Positions 11,790-26,241 of a DNA stretch of 64,000 bases are shown piece after piece. The translations under genes were made by a program, and so were the position numbers. How positions within the stretch are numbered: the first letter of the stretch is position 1; each line of letters opens with the position of its first letter. The notes beneath the pieces were generated by a model. That model worked only from the letters and a program-made list of their open reading frames with translations, had not been told where the DNA came from and made no database searches. This DNA is from Hyphochytrium catenoides (lineage: Eukaryota > Protista > Hyphochytriomycota), in NCBI GenBank assembly GCA_900088475.1, contig FLMG01000350.1, forward strand, positions 1 through 64,000, written 5' to 3'.

Positions 11790-14700
11790 ATGGCTAAGGA
11801 AGCGCGCCAGAGCGCATTGAAGGGTTGGGTAAGACCCTTATTGCCCCTAGTATGTCTGGCTTCAGATTAAACTTCTTGAACTGAGTACAGATTGGGTCCT
11901 TTGACCTCCAACTAAATGGCTTCGATTGCCTTGACGCTGCTGAGATGTGCAAGCTGATTGAGGCTCTGTAAGTTCTATAACCTTAGTCTTCATCAGCCAC
12001 CTGCATGCCTCACCGTAGCCTCTTCAATGTGCCCCCAGAGTTCCTGACGTCCTCACCGATGGTCCTACCTCCAGTATGATGCAAAGACCGCCCTCATGGG
12101 CGGACGTGGTCACGGTGCTAAGTAGCTATTCAGAGGTACGCGGATCCGCACAAATGACCCCAACACAGCATAATCTATTCTTTCTTCGTCTTTTTGAATC
12201 TATTAGGTTCCACGATCAGCATTTAAGCTTGCGAACGAGAAGCAAGAACAAACCCAAGAGGCTGTAGGACAAGCTTTGGAGGTCCTTCTCTATTGTGCTG
12301 TCCATGGTAGCACTAGACAGCAGCATATTGCAGCCATCATGCAGCTTCCTATGGACCACCAGGCTGAGATCATGAATATCATTGAGGAGGTCACCCAGAG
12401 TGTCGTAGAGACAAACAACGGTATTTGATTTCTCACTTTTCACTCATTCGGCCTTCATGTCTTCTGACGTCGGTGACGAACTGTTCAGCTTCGCAGCCTT
12501 CAGAGCATCCTTCAGACAACGACGACAACAAGGTTCCCTCGACATCTCCAGTAATGACGACCCCAGTCATGAATCGGAGACGAAGGGTGAGCCTATCCTC
12601 CCCTGCGATTGACAGTGCGATGGTGAACAGACTAAAACGGGAACATGCGGCTCTCAAGGACGAATACGTAGGCATCTATCATCCCATTGCATGATTATCC
12701 AGCCGTACTTCCACCTCACCTCCTTCTATCTTCTATAACAGTATCAAATTAAGGAGGACATCTGCTCCCGAGACCGGGAGATTATAAAGATGAGCGAAGC
12801 TCTGGAAGCGGCAACGAAACAGCAGAAGGAGTTTCAGATGCAAGCCGAGTTACAACTGCTGGAGCAGGAGGAGTGAGTTCATCAATTTCACCAAGTCACT
12901 TTGATCTTAACTAACTGATCTACCTATTAGAGCCCTTAAGCTGAAGTTCTCGACTCAGTTAGAAGTGAAGGACAAAGAGTTAATTGACCTACGGAGCCAG
13001 GTCAAATTTTACTTCTGTTCATTCTTCGATCGGCCAGCTACTAATGTTTTTGGGATGCTTCTGACGTCTCTGTTTAGACTCAGAAGATGGACAGATTGAT
13101 GGCCGAGGTATCCGCACTCAAGGACGAAGTTGACGTTCTTAGACCAGCGTTCGAGAAAGCTGCCAAAGTAAACCACGAAACTCGTAAAGAGTAGTCCATA
13201 CTACATGCTTACTGCCTCTTTACGTAGCTGGAAGCTGCACTGGCTAAGTATAAGGCAAAACTTGAGGCGAACTCGGACATGGCGGCATCCATGAAGGTAA
13301 GTTGTTCCTGAACTTGACCAAGCTCACGCCCTACGCTAACCCAGCAATTAAGCGTCTGGAAGAACAAAATGAGAAGCTGGTTCAGGCAAACTTAAAACTT
13401 GAGGAAGAGGTTCAGCGCCTTCCTCAGATGCAGAAGAAGCTGGCAGAGTACAAGACAATTGCAACCAATGCTGTGAGTCTCAAACATCTGACACCGCTCT
13501 GGTACTTGTCGGGTCGCGTGTGTTGGCCGTCTAGAACGCGCTTCATGACTCAGCTCCAAGCCTTATTATTTCCTTTGCCCTGCTCTTTCCGCTCGCTTTC
13601 TCTTTGAACTCTCGGGCTTTGTAGGCTACCTTGCTCTCCTCTTGCATCTGAGATGTTGACGTACTCGTCCTTGTACATAGCAATTTGACCTTAGCGAGGT
13701 GCGAACCTTGGCTACCAAGCAGGAGGAAGAGCTTGCTGACTGGAAGGAGCGTTGCAGCCAGCTCGAAAAAATGGAACTTCTACATCAGAAGGAGCGACAG
13801 GAGTTCCTCCAGAATGCGGTCAGTGGTCTTATCCCGGACAATGACTGGCACTTATGCAAAACCCGACCTTTATCGCCACCATTGCTCTTGGCTGTCCCAC
13901 TCAATAGCCTTACCAACTTCTAACACCCCACCAACATGAACCCGAGACTCCTGTTACCTATTCTGCCCGATCTCTTCTGAAACCTATGATCCCTCCGTCA
14001 TCAGGCTGCGATGAAGAGCAACTTCAGCGAAGCATGTGGAGATGGGCTACAGACTTGCATTTCTGGAGGAATTAGTGAGCTCAACCCAGAGCTTCAAGCC
14101 AAAGTACGTAGTTCTCTTCTGCGTTTGAGAGCTCTCGGCTTCTCACTGTTGTCCCCGGTCAAATTTTGTACACAGGTAATGCGTCTTGAAGAAGAAAATA
14201 GACGCTTGAAACTAGAGAGAAACGAGAATACCATCGAGACCATTGACCGTCTGCAGGAGGAGATTGACGATCTTTCCCGTTTGAAGGAAACTTTCGAGTC
14301 CCGTTATCTTGCAGCCAAGGCAGAGGGAGAGGAGCTTAAAGTAGGATGGCAAATAACTTCTCGCTTGCTAGTTCCGCGATCCTTGAATGCACTGCCTATC
14401 TCCAGGGCATTTACCCAGTTCGACTGTAGAATGTCACAATACATAGAGAAGCTCTTTTCGCCGCTGGGAGGCCCTTTTTGAGTCTCCTGATCATTCCCTT
14501 GATATTTTAATGGATATGAGGTTACTGCATGTTAACATTACGTCGTGTATAGGAACATCTGAAGGCCAGAAAAGCGGAGATTTTACATCTTGAAGAAGAG
14601 GTCCGCGCCCTTTGCCAGAAGGTGGACGAACTGGTTGGAGATAAAATTGCCCAGAAGGACGTCATTGATCAGCTGACCTCAGAGTACGTTCGCTAATTGC

Positions 14701-17284
14701 CGCGTAGAAACCGGCAACGAGTCAAGAGACATGAGCAGAAATTCCACGTACTCGCACTGACATAGTAACGTCCTAGGAGGGAAAAACTAGAGCGAGATCT
14801 GAATGATCTCCAACACGTAACGGACCAGACCATTATGGATTGCCGAAATCAGATCAAGCACCTTGAAGATGACCTGGACAGGGAGAGGCTGCTCCGTCAG
14901 CAGGAGGCAGAGCAATCCGAGACCGAAGCAAGAGAGCGTGACGAAGGTATTGAACCTATTGGGCTGCCACAGCACCTTCCCCGTTTACCTTTCCTTCTTG
15001 CGCGGTAGTACCATCAAAAATATAACTAGCGTATCATATTTTCCGTAGCTCACAGACAGGAGACTGCTGGTATCAAGGAACAGTCGGCCCAAGAGATGGA
15101 AACTTTGCGTGCCGAAGCCCAGGCTAAGCTTGAAGACCTCCAATTGACCCACCATAAGGAGCTGGAAGACCAAACCAAGGCTGCCCACGAAGCCGAGCTT
15201 CTGATGATTGCCGCTCATGGCGAGGAGATACAGCAGGCCAAGGCGCAGGTATCCTAGAAGACGCTTGCGATGCGCTGACAAAGCGATACTTAGCAGTCAG
15301 AGTGACTACTGGAAGATGAGTGCCAAGGACTGGGAGAATTAATTAGTATCCCTAGCGGAAGTAGAGTTACGAGCTAAGACTAGAGGTTAGGGAGGGAAGT
15401 GCGTCGTTGACTAACACTGAAACACCTCTCTGGGCCTTCAAATGTAGTACGAAACCCAGTGCCGAAAGTTTGAAGAAAAAGAGTTGGAGCTACAAACAGC
15501 AATTGCGAAGGGCAGACAAGAGTTGGAAGATGCTCGCCAAGAATTTGAGGTCTGTCATTCTTACCTTGTATAGTGTTTAACATGACGTGTAACTGCGTGT
15601 TGTGTAGCAAAGAGCGGCAACCATGTCAGTTGCCATTGAGGAGGGTCAACAGCGGGAAAGGGACCTCCAAGAGGTAAATAAGGAATGAACGGACAAGTGC
15701 CTAAAACTCAGTAACAGTTTTTGGCACACGTGTGACGTTGCCCAACAGGAGCTGGAGTGCCTGAAGACGAAAGTGAACACTGAGTATCTCAACCTTCAAA
15801 ACAAATGCATAGAATACTCACGTTCGATAGAAGAAGCTAATATAAGAGAAGCAGAACTGCTACGAAGCAGCGCCGACCAGGTAGCTAATTTCGCCCTCTT
15901 CAAGTCCGTGAGTCGTAATGCTTGCATCTTGACCTTACACATCCACTTTCTCTCCTTCTTTCCAACTAACCACTGCACAGCATGAGCAAATAGCCGCTCT
16001 AGAGAGCTCAGCACAAGATCTGGAGTCTCTGTGCTACGAGTTAGAGTCAAAGATTGCCATGCTGGAGAAAGAGAGAGACCATTTAGGGAAGGAGGTATGT
16101 GCCTACATTTCAAATGGAGTTGTGCGTGCGTAAAGAGAGATAGAGAGAGGTCGTTTTTCATGATTGGAAATTGACTTCAATTCTGTTAGCTCTCAATGGC
16201 AAGCGGAGTTGGCCGGGGTCCTGGACCCTCCGAGACGCAGATGAGCAATCAGCTTGCGCTTGTGAGAGGCGAGCTCGAAGCTCTAAACACACATTGCAAA
16301 GCTATGGAAAAGGTCGCTTCTCTTCTAGGCAACTCTCCCCTCTCTCTGTTCTTTCATCCTTCTCACCCTCCACGCTCCCTCCAGTCGCTGATATTTCACC
16401 ACTTGCTCTTGCTGGCATTCTAACGACCCCTCCCTCTCTCTCCCTTTCCTACTGGCAAACCAGCAACTGGAATCTTGCCGATGTCGCTTCCAGGCAGACT
16501 CTACATTGTCTGGTGATGGCGCAGTTAGCGGCTACGTGGACAGTCTACGGCAGATGGAAGCACTACAAAGAAGGGAGGAAGAAAAGAGAAGAGAATTGCT
16601 TATGATCAATGCAAAATGTAGGTCAAATCCTCTCACAAGAACACAACGATAGTCTCATGACCCTTCCTGGCTCGTCCTCCCACCAGTGACACAAGAGACC
16701 TCTAAGCTTGGGGCTCAGATTGCTGACTTGACGGCTCAGAATCAGAAGCTTCAGGAAAATTTGAACTCTTACTTGCTGAAGGAGGAGAGGAGGAAGAAAC
16801 TGGAAAGGGAGAGAAAGGAGTACTACGGGTCGAATGTCGGAAAGGAAAACTTATCATCGCCGGTAAACCAACGACGGAGCATTGGAATTTTTGCCTTTCT
16901 GACCCAGCTGTTTCTATCCATTAGGATGTCAAGCTAAACCCAGCCGATGATAATTTCAGCTATGGTCCCAAAGCGCTCGGTTACGACGACGAAGAGGTGC
17001 GATGATCCATCAGACTTTCGTGGAACTGTTACTGGCTGTTGTGCCCCAAGCTAGACCACTTTTCTAGGAGCCGCCTGCCACATTGTTTCTGTCACTTTTC
17101 TGTCACTAATTAACCTTAAACCTTGCTGCTGCTGCTGCTACTGCTGCAGGCAACGCCACAGCCTCAAGTCCAAGGGACAGTGCGTCCAGCCTCATTGTTT
17201 GGAGCTTCCCGAGTGCGGCGGCCGCTGTCCAGTGCTGCCCCTAGCTCAGTAGACGATCGGCCTGGGGAATGTAACCAACAATAA
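11790..17284 (+). CDS. HOOK-domain long coiled-coil protein (dynein-adaptor-like), many exons
   Basis: HOOK N-terminal motif LEVLLYCAVHGSTRQQHIAAIMQLPMDHQAEIMNIIEEV (about 12270-12395), HOOK-like ISELNPELQAK|VMRLEEEN, and many coiled-coil exons bounded by GT-AG. Last exon ends PGECNQQ*. Confidence 0.8.
17124..17147 (+). repeat. Imperfect (TGC)n microsatellite at the 3' end of the last HOOK-gene intron
   Basis: tgctgctgctgctgctactgctgc immediately before the acceptor AG. Confidence 0.6.
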
Positions 17285-17683
17285 AAGATGTTCTGAAGTT
17301 CTGACGCATGAGCTGTACGGAATAATAACTCTATAATGAGATATATTCTATATAAACCATAAGACTATTACAGTTATCGCGTATCTGAACTGGTGGGTTT
17401 GGATATGGGAAACCTCCACAATTGTCTGTCATTCTGATGCTCCTCACCTGCTTCCTCCTCTCCCGCCCGCTCCGCCGACTCCAGTTCTAGAGCTTGCAGC
17501 GCCACCTTCTCAGTCGCAGCAGCAGCTACTGATGATCTCTCCTCCGGCACAGAAGCTGGAAAGTGGTCTTTCCAAGGTAGCACGAGTCCGTTGCCGGAGG
17601 ACAAGGAGCGGCAGAAGAACCTTTAATCAATAAGCCTGGGTTAGAGAGAGGGGAAGCCGCGGAGGAGCGATGAGTAGAAGAAG

Positions 17684-20600
17684 ATGAGCCATCCTCATCT
17701 AGAAAGTACCTCGGGCAATCCGCCCATTATAGGCGTTTTTCCATCCTCAGTCAACTGGTACTGCAGTGCGGTGACGGATTGCACCAGTGGTCCGGCAGTG
17801 CTCTACGCCTTTGGATCGAAGAACTCGGTGTTCATCTTCCAGGTGCGGTTTCCTTTAGTTTGCCCTTAGTCCCGGCTCCTTGTCGTCTTCGCTCTCTGTC
17901 TTCTCCTCTATAGCAGGTAGCTTCCAGGCGAAGCTTCTCATGTATGTTGCTTGGCCAGGTGACGGATGAAGATAGAAAAGTGCTATCTGTGCCCAAGTTC
18001 CTTAACAACATTCAGACTGGGTCAAGAGTCCTCTCACTTGCCTTTGAGAAAGCGGTATCAACTGCCAGGAGTTCTACGCCGACTCTCGTCTCAGGAGGGG
18101 ACGACGGCAGAGTTAGAGTTTGGAATGCGGTCACGGGACATTGCACGGCGCAGCACAAGCAGCATAGGAAGGATGTGACTGCTGTTACTTATTCCCTAGA
18201 GGTGGAAGGCAAGCTAGAAGGCGACGGGGCCCGATCTATTGTTGCTAGTGGGGATGGAGAGGGGAAAGTCGTTGTCTGGAACCCTTCGTCCACTGCAATC
18301 CTTTCCACCTACTCGCCCATAACATCGGGTGACTGTGTCCTGTGCCTTGGCTTTTGTCCTCAGGATCACGACGTCTTAGCGATAGGGTATCGTAGTGGGT
18401 GTCTCCTGCTTGTGCATTGGGACCGAAAGGAGATTCTACACCGCCTTCCGGGTCATTCTCAGGAGGTGCAGAGCCTCATGTGGCTTCCATGTCCGAGACG
18501 TAACCATGATGGTGGGATATCGCTTTCTTTGTCCTCTAGGCTACGTCCGTCGTTTCAATTGTCGGGGAGTTCCTCTCCTAGTCCTTTTCTGTTCCAAGCG
18601 CTATCTGTGTCCAGGTGACACAATTCCCTCTGCTTTTTTTCTCTGTGTGTTCTTCTTTCTCTCGCTACCCCTTTCTATCCCTTCGTTTTCTTACCAAACC
18701 TCTTTCTCCATTGCTATTGCCAACTCATTACCTATCTTTCAGATCTGGTGCGAGCAACTCAATTGTCTGTCTTATCGGAACAAATGTGTTCTGATTCAAC
18801 ATGTAGGTTCTAAGCAGGATTTGCCAGGCGCGTGGCCCGCTCTAGTTGCCTCGTCTTCTCGTGATCGATCTGTCAATGTTTGGAATGCCGCCACCGGGCT
18901 GTCTGTGATAGGCATGACTCTACCAAAGCCTAAGAGGACAGGAGAGACAGGAGAAGGTAAAGACCGGCACTGGTTTCCTCTAACTTGGCTCAAGACTAGG
19001 GAAGAATCCGAAGAGAACGTCCAAACGGGCGGAATAAAGCTTGGGCTTGCCCTCCTCGTGGGCAGCTACCAAGGGCAAATGCTTAAGTGGGAGTGGAGTA
19101 TCGATCTCCGCAACCTTACTTGCAGCAAACCAACCCAAAAGGCTCTCAATTCTAAGCACAACCGTCCCATATTCAACATTGTCCCTGTCCCTGCGTCACC
19201 CACGTCCGAGGTGACAACAGACATAGAAGATCGAAAATTTGACGGTCGGCGGACAAAGGAGAGGAGGTTGGAGCTAACAGATTCCGAGGCGGACCTTATC
19301 ATCACTTGCTCCATGGATAGAGACATTCACCTCTCCTATGCCTCCTCTGGGAAGGTAGTCTGGACTCTGCCTGGGTTAGGAGGTTTTGTATATTCTCTGT
19401 CTTTCGGCCCCTCTTTTGGCCACCGTCAGCTGGCTCTTGGGGTTGGAGATAAGACCATCCAGTTGTGGTCAACCTCTTATGACGGCGCCCTCTCCCGCTC
19501 GTCTTCCACCCTTCTCTGGAGAGGCTTCCAGGACAAGGTTACACACGTACTGTGGCATCCAACCAAAGAGAACTGCCTAGCTTTTGCTTGTGAGGATGGT
19601 CGAGTTGGACTGGTGGACACTCTGACGCAGAAGGTAGTAAGGATGAGATCCTATCACCGCTCACCCACCGTTGCCCTACGATGGCGGCCTGTCCCAATAC
19701 TATGTAGACGAGTGGTGGGAGGAGGTGTAAGCGACGCACTCCATACATCGCTTATGGCAATGGCAGAAGCTAGGGAGCAAGGTGTAGGGCTAGAGGAGGC
19801 CCTCAACGCTGAGAATCGTTCTCGAGTTTCTACCAACGGGGTCTCAGAAGTAGTAGTGGATGTCCATCTCCTCTATTCTTTGGATAGCCGGGGCAGCATT
19901 CTTCAGTCTTCTTCTTTATCGCCAGAAAAGCTTTCTAGTGACTTTCTAGAGCTTATTCAAGCAGATGACTTGCCTCTGAGGGCCTTCCCCACTGCTATAG
20001 ACTGGCATAGTGATGGGTATCTTGTGGCTATAGGCTTTTCAAATGGGGAACTCCGCATCTACTCTGACTTTGAAGAACAAGAAGGTCTTTCTAAAGAAGT
20101 CGTAAAAGGATATCCAAGCCAAAGAAGGAATCAATTGAGGCTGCTAGAAAAAGTGGCTGACTTCTCTCAGGAGGTGAAAAAAGTGCTTTGGTTCCCAGAT
20201 AAAAGCGCTAATGCCGGAGAGTGGACCAGTCTACTCGCTACTGCTTCCACAGATGGCACGGTATGAGCACCTCTCCCGCAACTTATTCGTTACAGTCCTT
20301 CTATAATCCTTTCAGGGCCTCAACAATTATGTCTGCTCGCAGTCTCTCACGCTATACGTCCCTGCTAGGGAAGAATCTATTCTATGCGGCATTGCGTTGA
20401 AGGGCCTCAAGAAGTCCAGGAGGAGGGAGAAGGGAAAGTCTTCCGTCCCCAGGACCTTTGTGTGGCAGTACTCAAGGGGCATTCAAAGCCCATCACGGAC
20501 CTCGCGTGGTCTCTTCCTCCCGGCAAGAGCGATAAAGGTAATAAAAATTCTGAGGTTTGGAGTGGCAGTTGGACGAGGGCTGAATGTGCTGGATATTGAT

Positions 20601-23600
20601 GAACCTTGCTGTATCCGGCAGGCAACTCTTTCTTCCGAACGGAGCCGCTGCTGGCGTCGGCCTCGCTGGACGGTAGCGTGCAGGTTTGGGCCATCAGTGG
20701 TTGGCCTGTAGCTAATTTCAGAGGTCACAGAGGGCGGGTGCTAGCCGTAGAATGGGATCGCGATGAACCAGCAGTATTGTACTCAGGCGGTGAGGACCAG
20801 ACAGTGCTGATGTGGGACTATACCGAACAGGTGCCCAGAATTCTTGCTCTCTCTTCACACGTCTGCTTGTTCCTTTCCTATACCGACATTGTTAGGTGTT
20901 AGCTCGACTCGCCGTGGTCCGGTAGTCCGCTCTATGGAACCGCCATTGCTGTGTCTCCTTCGTTTAGCCATGCCTTGCTCAGGCGTGGAAGCCTAAAATT
21001 TGCCTCTGTTCTCAGTTCTAGCACTGAAAGGGGTTGTTGCCACTTGCTTATGTTGAGTTCTTGCACGCGGCCGCCAACACTAGTTCTGCTCTGCTCGTGA
21101 TGGGCCACACCCCTCGTTCGTCCCTGGTCCTCATTGACTGCCAACAGGTCTTCACAACACCCCCAAAGCCTAGCAAGTCATCCGCAAAGAAAAAGAAGCC
21201 GCTGAACGAGCTAGTGGAGGTGAACAAACTAGGGTCAGATACCTTAAGAGTAGCCGAGGAGGTAGCTGCCACTCCGCAATCTTTACCCCTAGCACCACAA
21301 GATTCTCCAGATACCAAGTCAATGTGTATGGTGGATGCAGAACCGGATAAGACTGCGCAAGGAGTCGGGGATGTTGAGGGCGCGAAGGGGTCCGAAGGGC
21401 TCCCTGCATCTCTCTCTCTCTCGTCATCCGAGCAATCGCTTAAGGGCCAAGAAAAGGTTAAGGAGAAAAAGAAAAATAAGAGGAGACCCCGACTCTTTCC
21501 ATCTTATCTTGAATCACTCAGCTCTGAAAACACTGCAGCCCTCTGTGAAAGTATAGCTCAAATGGAGAAGTTGAAGATTGAGAATAGCAGCAGTAACGGA
21601 CGGATCGATACAAAACAGGAAGAAGGGATCGAAGCGCTCAGAAGCATTGACGCCGTATTATCGGATGAAGGTTCCGCTGCGTACTCGTTAGTGGATGAGA
21701 TTGAAAAACATTTGCAGGTAAGAAGTGTAATCTTCTTCTGCCTCAGACCCCTAGCTATCTCTTTGAATTGTAACTTCACTGTACTGTGAAGCTTGTCCCC
21801 TTCTAGGTCTATCTTGGCTTGGCGACGCTTCTCTGACTTGTAAGTCGCAAGCGTGAAGCTGTTCCCTTCCTGCCACTTATGACTAAAGCTGCGACCCTTT
21901 TTGCACTGTCACAGTTTTGGTGGCTGGCTTTTATCTGTCTTTCGCTGCTTTCGGTTCTTTGATGCAATGTATTCCATCTTCTCTTCGTAGCTATCGCCAA
22001 TTTGGTTTCTGCCACATAACGGGGGATTCTAATATTTCTTCGTCCCTTTCGCATTTTCAAGGCTGGAAACTGGCCAGCTGCTGCCTCTCTTTGGGCCTGG
22101 GCTGGAGACCTAGGCCAGGCACTTGATGTCTTGGCTCAGCACCGGGCTCTAACCTCGTCCTGGCTAGCGCTTGCTCCAGCTCTGGGCTTGAGCCGATGGC
22201 GGGAGCTCCAGAGAATCTATGCTGAACAGCTCAAGGATGGTGGTGAATATCAGGAGGCTGGTAAGACTACCGCTAACTGTAAACGAAAGTGAAGAACAAG
22301 GCAACCTGACTCCACTCCGCTTGACTCCCTCGTGGAAATGTTTTGTTTCCCGACCAAGAGCTCTGACTCTGAGTGGCTTCCAGTGATGCTTTCTTCCAAA
22401 ACCATAGCTGAGATATATCTGATTAGTGCTAGTTAGGCCGGCCTTGTAATGGCCCATGTGGTTGACGGCTTAGCCGGCGGAAATGTCTGACTTGTTCCCT
22501 CTTTCTGCCTGTTGCATCAATATTTATACTGTCGCCTTGCATCTTCATCAATAGCACTATGCTACCTTTCTTTAGGGGAAGCTGCAGATGCTGCACGGTC
22601 ATACCTTGAAGGGGGCTTTCATCGCGAAGCCCTTGCCCTGGCACGAATGAGGATACCTCCTGACCATCCGGTAGTGGAGGATATTCTAACTCAGTGGTCG
22701 GAAGCTCTTCAAGCCAGGTCAAAACGCTTCTCCTTCTTCTGCTATCGTAAACTTCCTTACTTCAAGATCCATGAATGCCAGATTCTCTCTCGTAAGCCTG
22801 GCCTTCTATGATACTTCATTCTCCCCTTCCTCAATCCTGCCTGTAAACGAGTTTGTCTATTGCCCCCACACCTTATCTCATCTTGGGCTACAATTGCTTC
22901 TTCCTCCAAGCTTCCCTACATTTCCGCCATCTTCTAATATCTCTTTCTCGGTCTCTTATCCTCTCAAAATCAGGGCTCGTTCGGATCAAGCAGCAGCGCT
23001 CTTTTTGATTCAAAGCAAGGTCGAACTTGCTGCAGCGGCCCTTGGAAGTCCCGGACAAGAACTGGGTGAGTTAGCTTCGGCATACCCTCGTTTCCGCCAC
23101 CGGTGGCCCATGTCCCATTGGGTGTCCCCTCGCATGGAACTTCCACTTATATTAACGGACCTGGAGAGAAAGACGTTCCGTTCCGTTCTGTCTATATGAC
23201 GCCGTTTAGCTCTCTGAAGGTAGAAATCTTGCATAGTCACTCTTTTCTCCTCTTGCTTGACAGGCTTGCGTACGGCCATGAATGTCGCTGAGATGCTGGG
23301 GTCGTCCTCTTGCCAAACGTGGGCCCTTCGATACGGATTTTCGAGCTTGGAAAAAGGCGACTGGGAGGGGGCATCCACAGCTTTTAAGAAACTCAAAGAC
23401 CCAGAGGCTTACATACTCTATGTAAACAGTGAGCGAGCCCTCAGTTCCCTATTGTCCAGTATACCGAAATCTACGGACTCCTTAGACCTTGAGGACAGAT
23501 CTGAATCGCTATTGCCGATAGAGGACTTTCTTGTCGCCTGGGACAACCTCCCTGCCGCTCAACGCCTTTGGAGGTTGTACCTTACAGGTTTGCACAACCT

Positions 23601-24401
23601 CGCTAGCAGAGGAGTTACCCATTCATCTTTTCGTCAGCATTCTACCTCCCCTGCAACCTTTTGGTCTACTCTACTCGAAGGGGACAATGCCACTGGCTTT
23701 TGGGAAGAGGAAAGCGTAAGGTCACTTATCTTCAGCGCCCTTGAGGAGGCTGAGAGGCAGGCACAAAGGAGAGCCAGCGATAAGGTGAGGGCATAGCGGT
23801 AATGTGGGGCTTGAGGAGCTAGGTTGGGGTTGGAAATAGGCGTATTGGGGTCTAGTGTGTGGAGGCCTAGCGGAAAACCTACAAAATCAACCTCCATTAT
23901 GAAGGCTTGAGCATGCCTAAACCAACTCATTTGATCGCAGGCACGGAGGACTGGGGTTCTGGCAGCCGCCTTTGTCAAAGTGCTGTTGTCGGCGGTCCTA
24001 GGATCCAGCATTACAGAGCTATTGGACAGCATTGAAGCACTAGTAACACTCGTCCGAGAACAGCAAGAGCACCTAGGGCCTGAGAAGGCAAGGAGAATGG
24101 CAAATGCTGAGGCAATTCCTCCATTCGTGCTAATGTGTTCTTCTCCAACTTCCCGTTCTATTAACTCGGTCGCCGTACTCTATTCTATGGTGACCTCACA
24201 CTCTCTTTCGTCCTTGCTGGGTTACAGGCTGGGACTCTGCTTGAACTTGTGCTACCTTATGTAAACTGGTCGGGCGGGAAGCGTGAAAATCTCCCAGTAG
24301 AAGCTCCAGGATTAAGCATAGACAATCTCGAACAGAGGATAACGACCATATGCGGGGTCGCATCAGATATCTTCTCCTCTTCAAATGAGACAGAGACATA
24401 G
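17684..24401 (+). CDS. GEMIN5: Gemin5-like WD40 protein (SMN complex)
   Basis: N-terminal FPSSVNWYCS resembles the Gemin5 PPSPNWYC motif. Many WD repeats including WTLPGLGGFVYSL and FRGHRGRV..YSGGEDQTV. Helical module ALCYLSLG..FHREALALARMRIPPDHPVVEDILTQW. Confidence 0.75.
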
Positions 24402-25269
24402 GTCGAAGCCTGATTTCTACAAGGCTTTGGAGGCGGTCTTTCCACGTTCCGAGATCGTATCCTTTATTGGGGCGAGGAATCAATAGACGGCAGCAGGCTA
24501 CTGATTCTCTAACCAACTTTCTGCTCTGTCCATCTCCGCAAACCAACTCCTTCCTTCACTCCTACACGGCGTGTGTGGAGTCTTAGAAATGAAGGCTTTG
24601 CCTTACTGTCGGTCCATCGGCGGTCTCCGCCTACCAACTAAGTTTCTGTACAACGTCTGGCTTTCTACGTTAACTCAGCCGTGTTGAAGAAACTGAGGCC
24701 CACTGGCATCCGCAGCTTAGCTGCTACTAGTAGCCCACCTCCATGGTTTATAGAGCTCTAATAATGAGATGCAGATGCCTTTATAGAAATGGAGAGTCTG
24801 TGATCTAGGAAAGATGTGTAGGGATTGCAAGGATTGACAGGCTCGCTCTTGAGGCAATGCCAATTATCTATAATAGAGTCTCAGTAGTAGTTCCTGTATT
24901 GAACGCTATCTCCCTTGCCATACATATTATTACTGCTCTGCCTCCGCTCGCTCTCCTCCTCTCTCTCTACAAAAGAGCTGCAGTAGCTGCAGAACGATGG
25001 AGCTTCATCAAACGTGATAATGAAGCTTCAGAGTTTGACTAGAGACTGGCTGTTTGATCATCATCTTCTTCGGCTTGGAGTGCCGACTCACATTTGCGAA
25101 GCCTACGGATCAAGACCTAACTGACTGGAGGTACTCTTAGGGACTCTTCTTCTTGGCCTTACAGAGGTACAGCGCAGATGTGGCCATCTAGCCTACCCGA
25201 TGTTGTTGGAGTCATTCTGATCGATTGCTCTCGAAAATGCAGCTTGTGTGCGCCCATTACCCTTGAAAA

Positions 25270-26164
25270 ATGGATGAGCAGAAGGAAGCTGGAGCAAATA
25301 AGAACGCTAAGAGCATATCTGCATTGAGGCCGGAGCTGGTAATTGGCGCGAGGGTGGCCGTCAAGACCATCTCCAACGACAAAGTGGAAGGAGAAGTCTT
25401 TACGCTGGATGACAAAACCGGGATTCTGGTGCTATGTAAGAGACTTTATGCTGTACAACTGAAAGAGATGACTCTGATAGAACATCCCTACTGCAGCTGA
25501 AAGCCTTAAGCACACAACCCTCAAGAAGGAGCTCAGATTCATATCGTTCGCAGCTGTTGAAGAGATCGAGGTGAAGTATGCTGACCCAACAAGGTTGCAA
25601 TAGTTGTCACGGGGTGCTTCACTTAGTCACGTGGTTTTCATCCCGGTTGTAGGTAACCAAGCCTAGCGATGGGGCGAGCCTAAGTAAACTTCAACCTATT
25701 AGTGAAGAGCAGTTACTGCGAGCAGAACAGAGAAATTTAGCCGCCCGAAGAGAAGCTAACTCACGCATTGGGGTTGGCGTGACACCAGAAGCTCAGGAAA
25801 TTTTTGACGCACTAAGCAAAACGTACGCGCTCATACCGCACGGGAACACTTTCAGATTCTTGGCCGCTAACACTACGCTGTGATATAGGTTACCCTGCCG
25901 CTGGGACGAGCAGAATATCATCGTGCTAAACAGTGTGACCATTAGGACCCCATATAATGCTGAGAATTGCAGCTCTTCAGACGTGAACGCTCTGAAGAGG
26001 ATTAGATTAGTGGTGAGCCTCAGCACTGATACTTGGCAGATTAGAGAAAAAGGGACTTTGACTAACTTCGCTTCTTACCCTCGGTACCCCTCTCTCTCTC
26101 TCTCTTTTAGCTTGAAGGAGCAAAGAAGAAGATGGTGCAGCAGAGAAAAGCCTCTGCTAAATAA
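25270..26164 (+). CDS. LSM12: LSM12-like protein (Lsm domain plus anticodon-binding AD domain); 5 exons
   Basis: IGARVAVKT..VEGEVFTLD..ILVL, then IGVGVTPEAQEIFDALSKT|LPCRWDEQNIIVLNSVTIRTPY. Confidence 0.88.
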
Positions 26165-26241
26165 TAGATGTAGTTTGGCGCATGATCGCTTTCTGCAAGG
26201 GGTAGTGTGCCCACCGACTTGCATCATGGAATTGTGTAGAG

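Noticed and set aside
22289-22366. GUGAAGA..CUGA..CUGA in a Gemin5 intron
   Set aside because: No terminal stem and only about 7 nt of rRNA complementarity.
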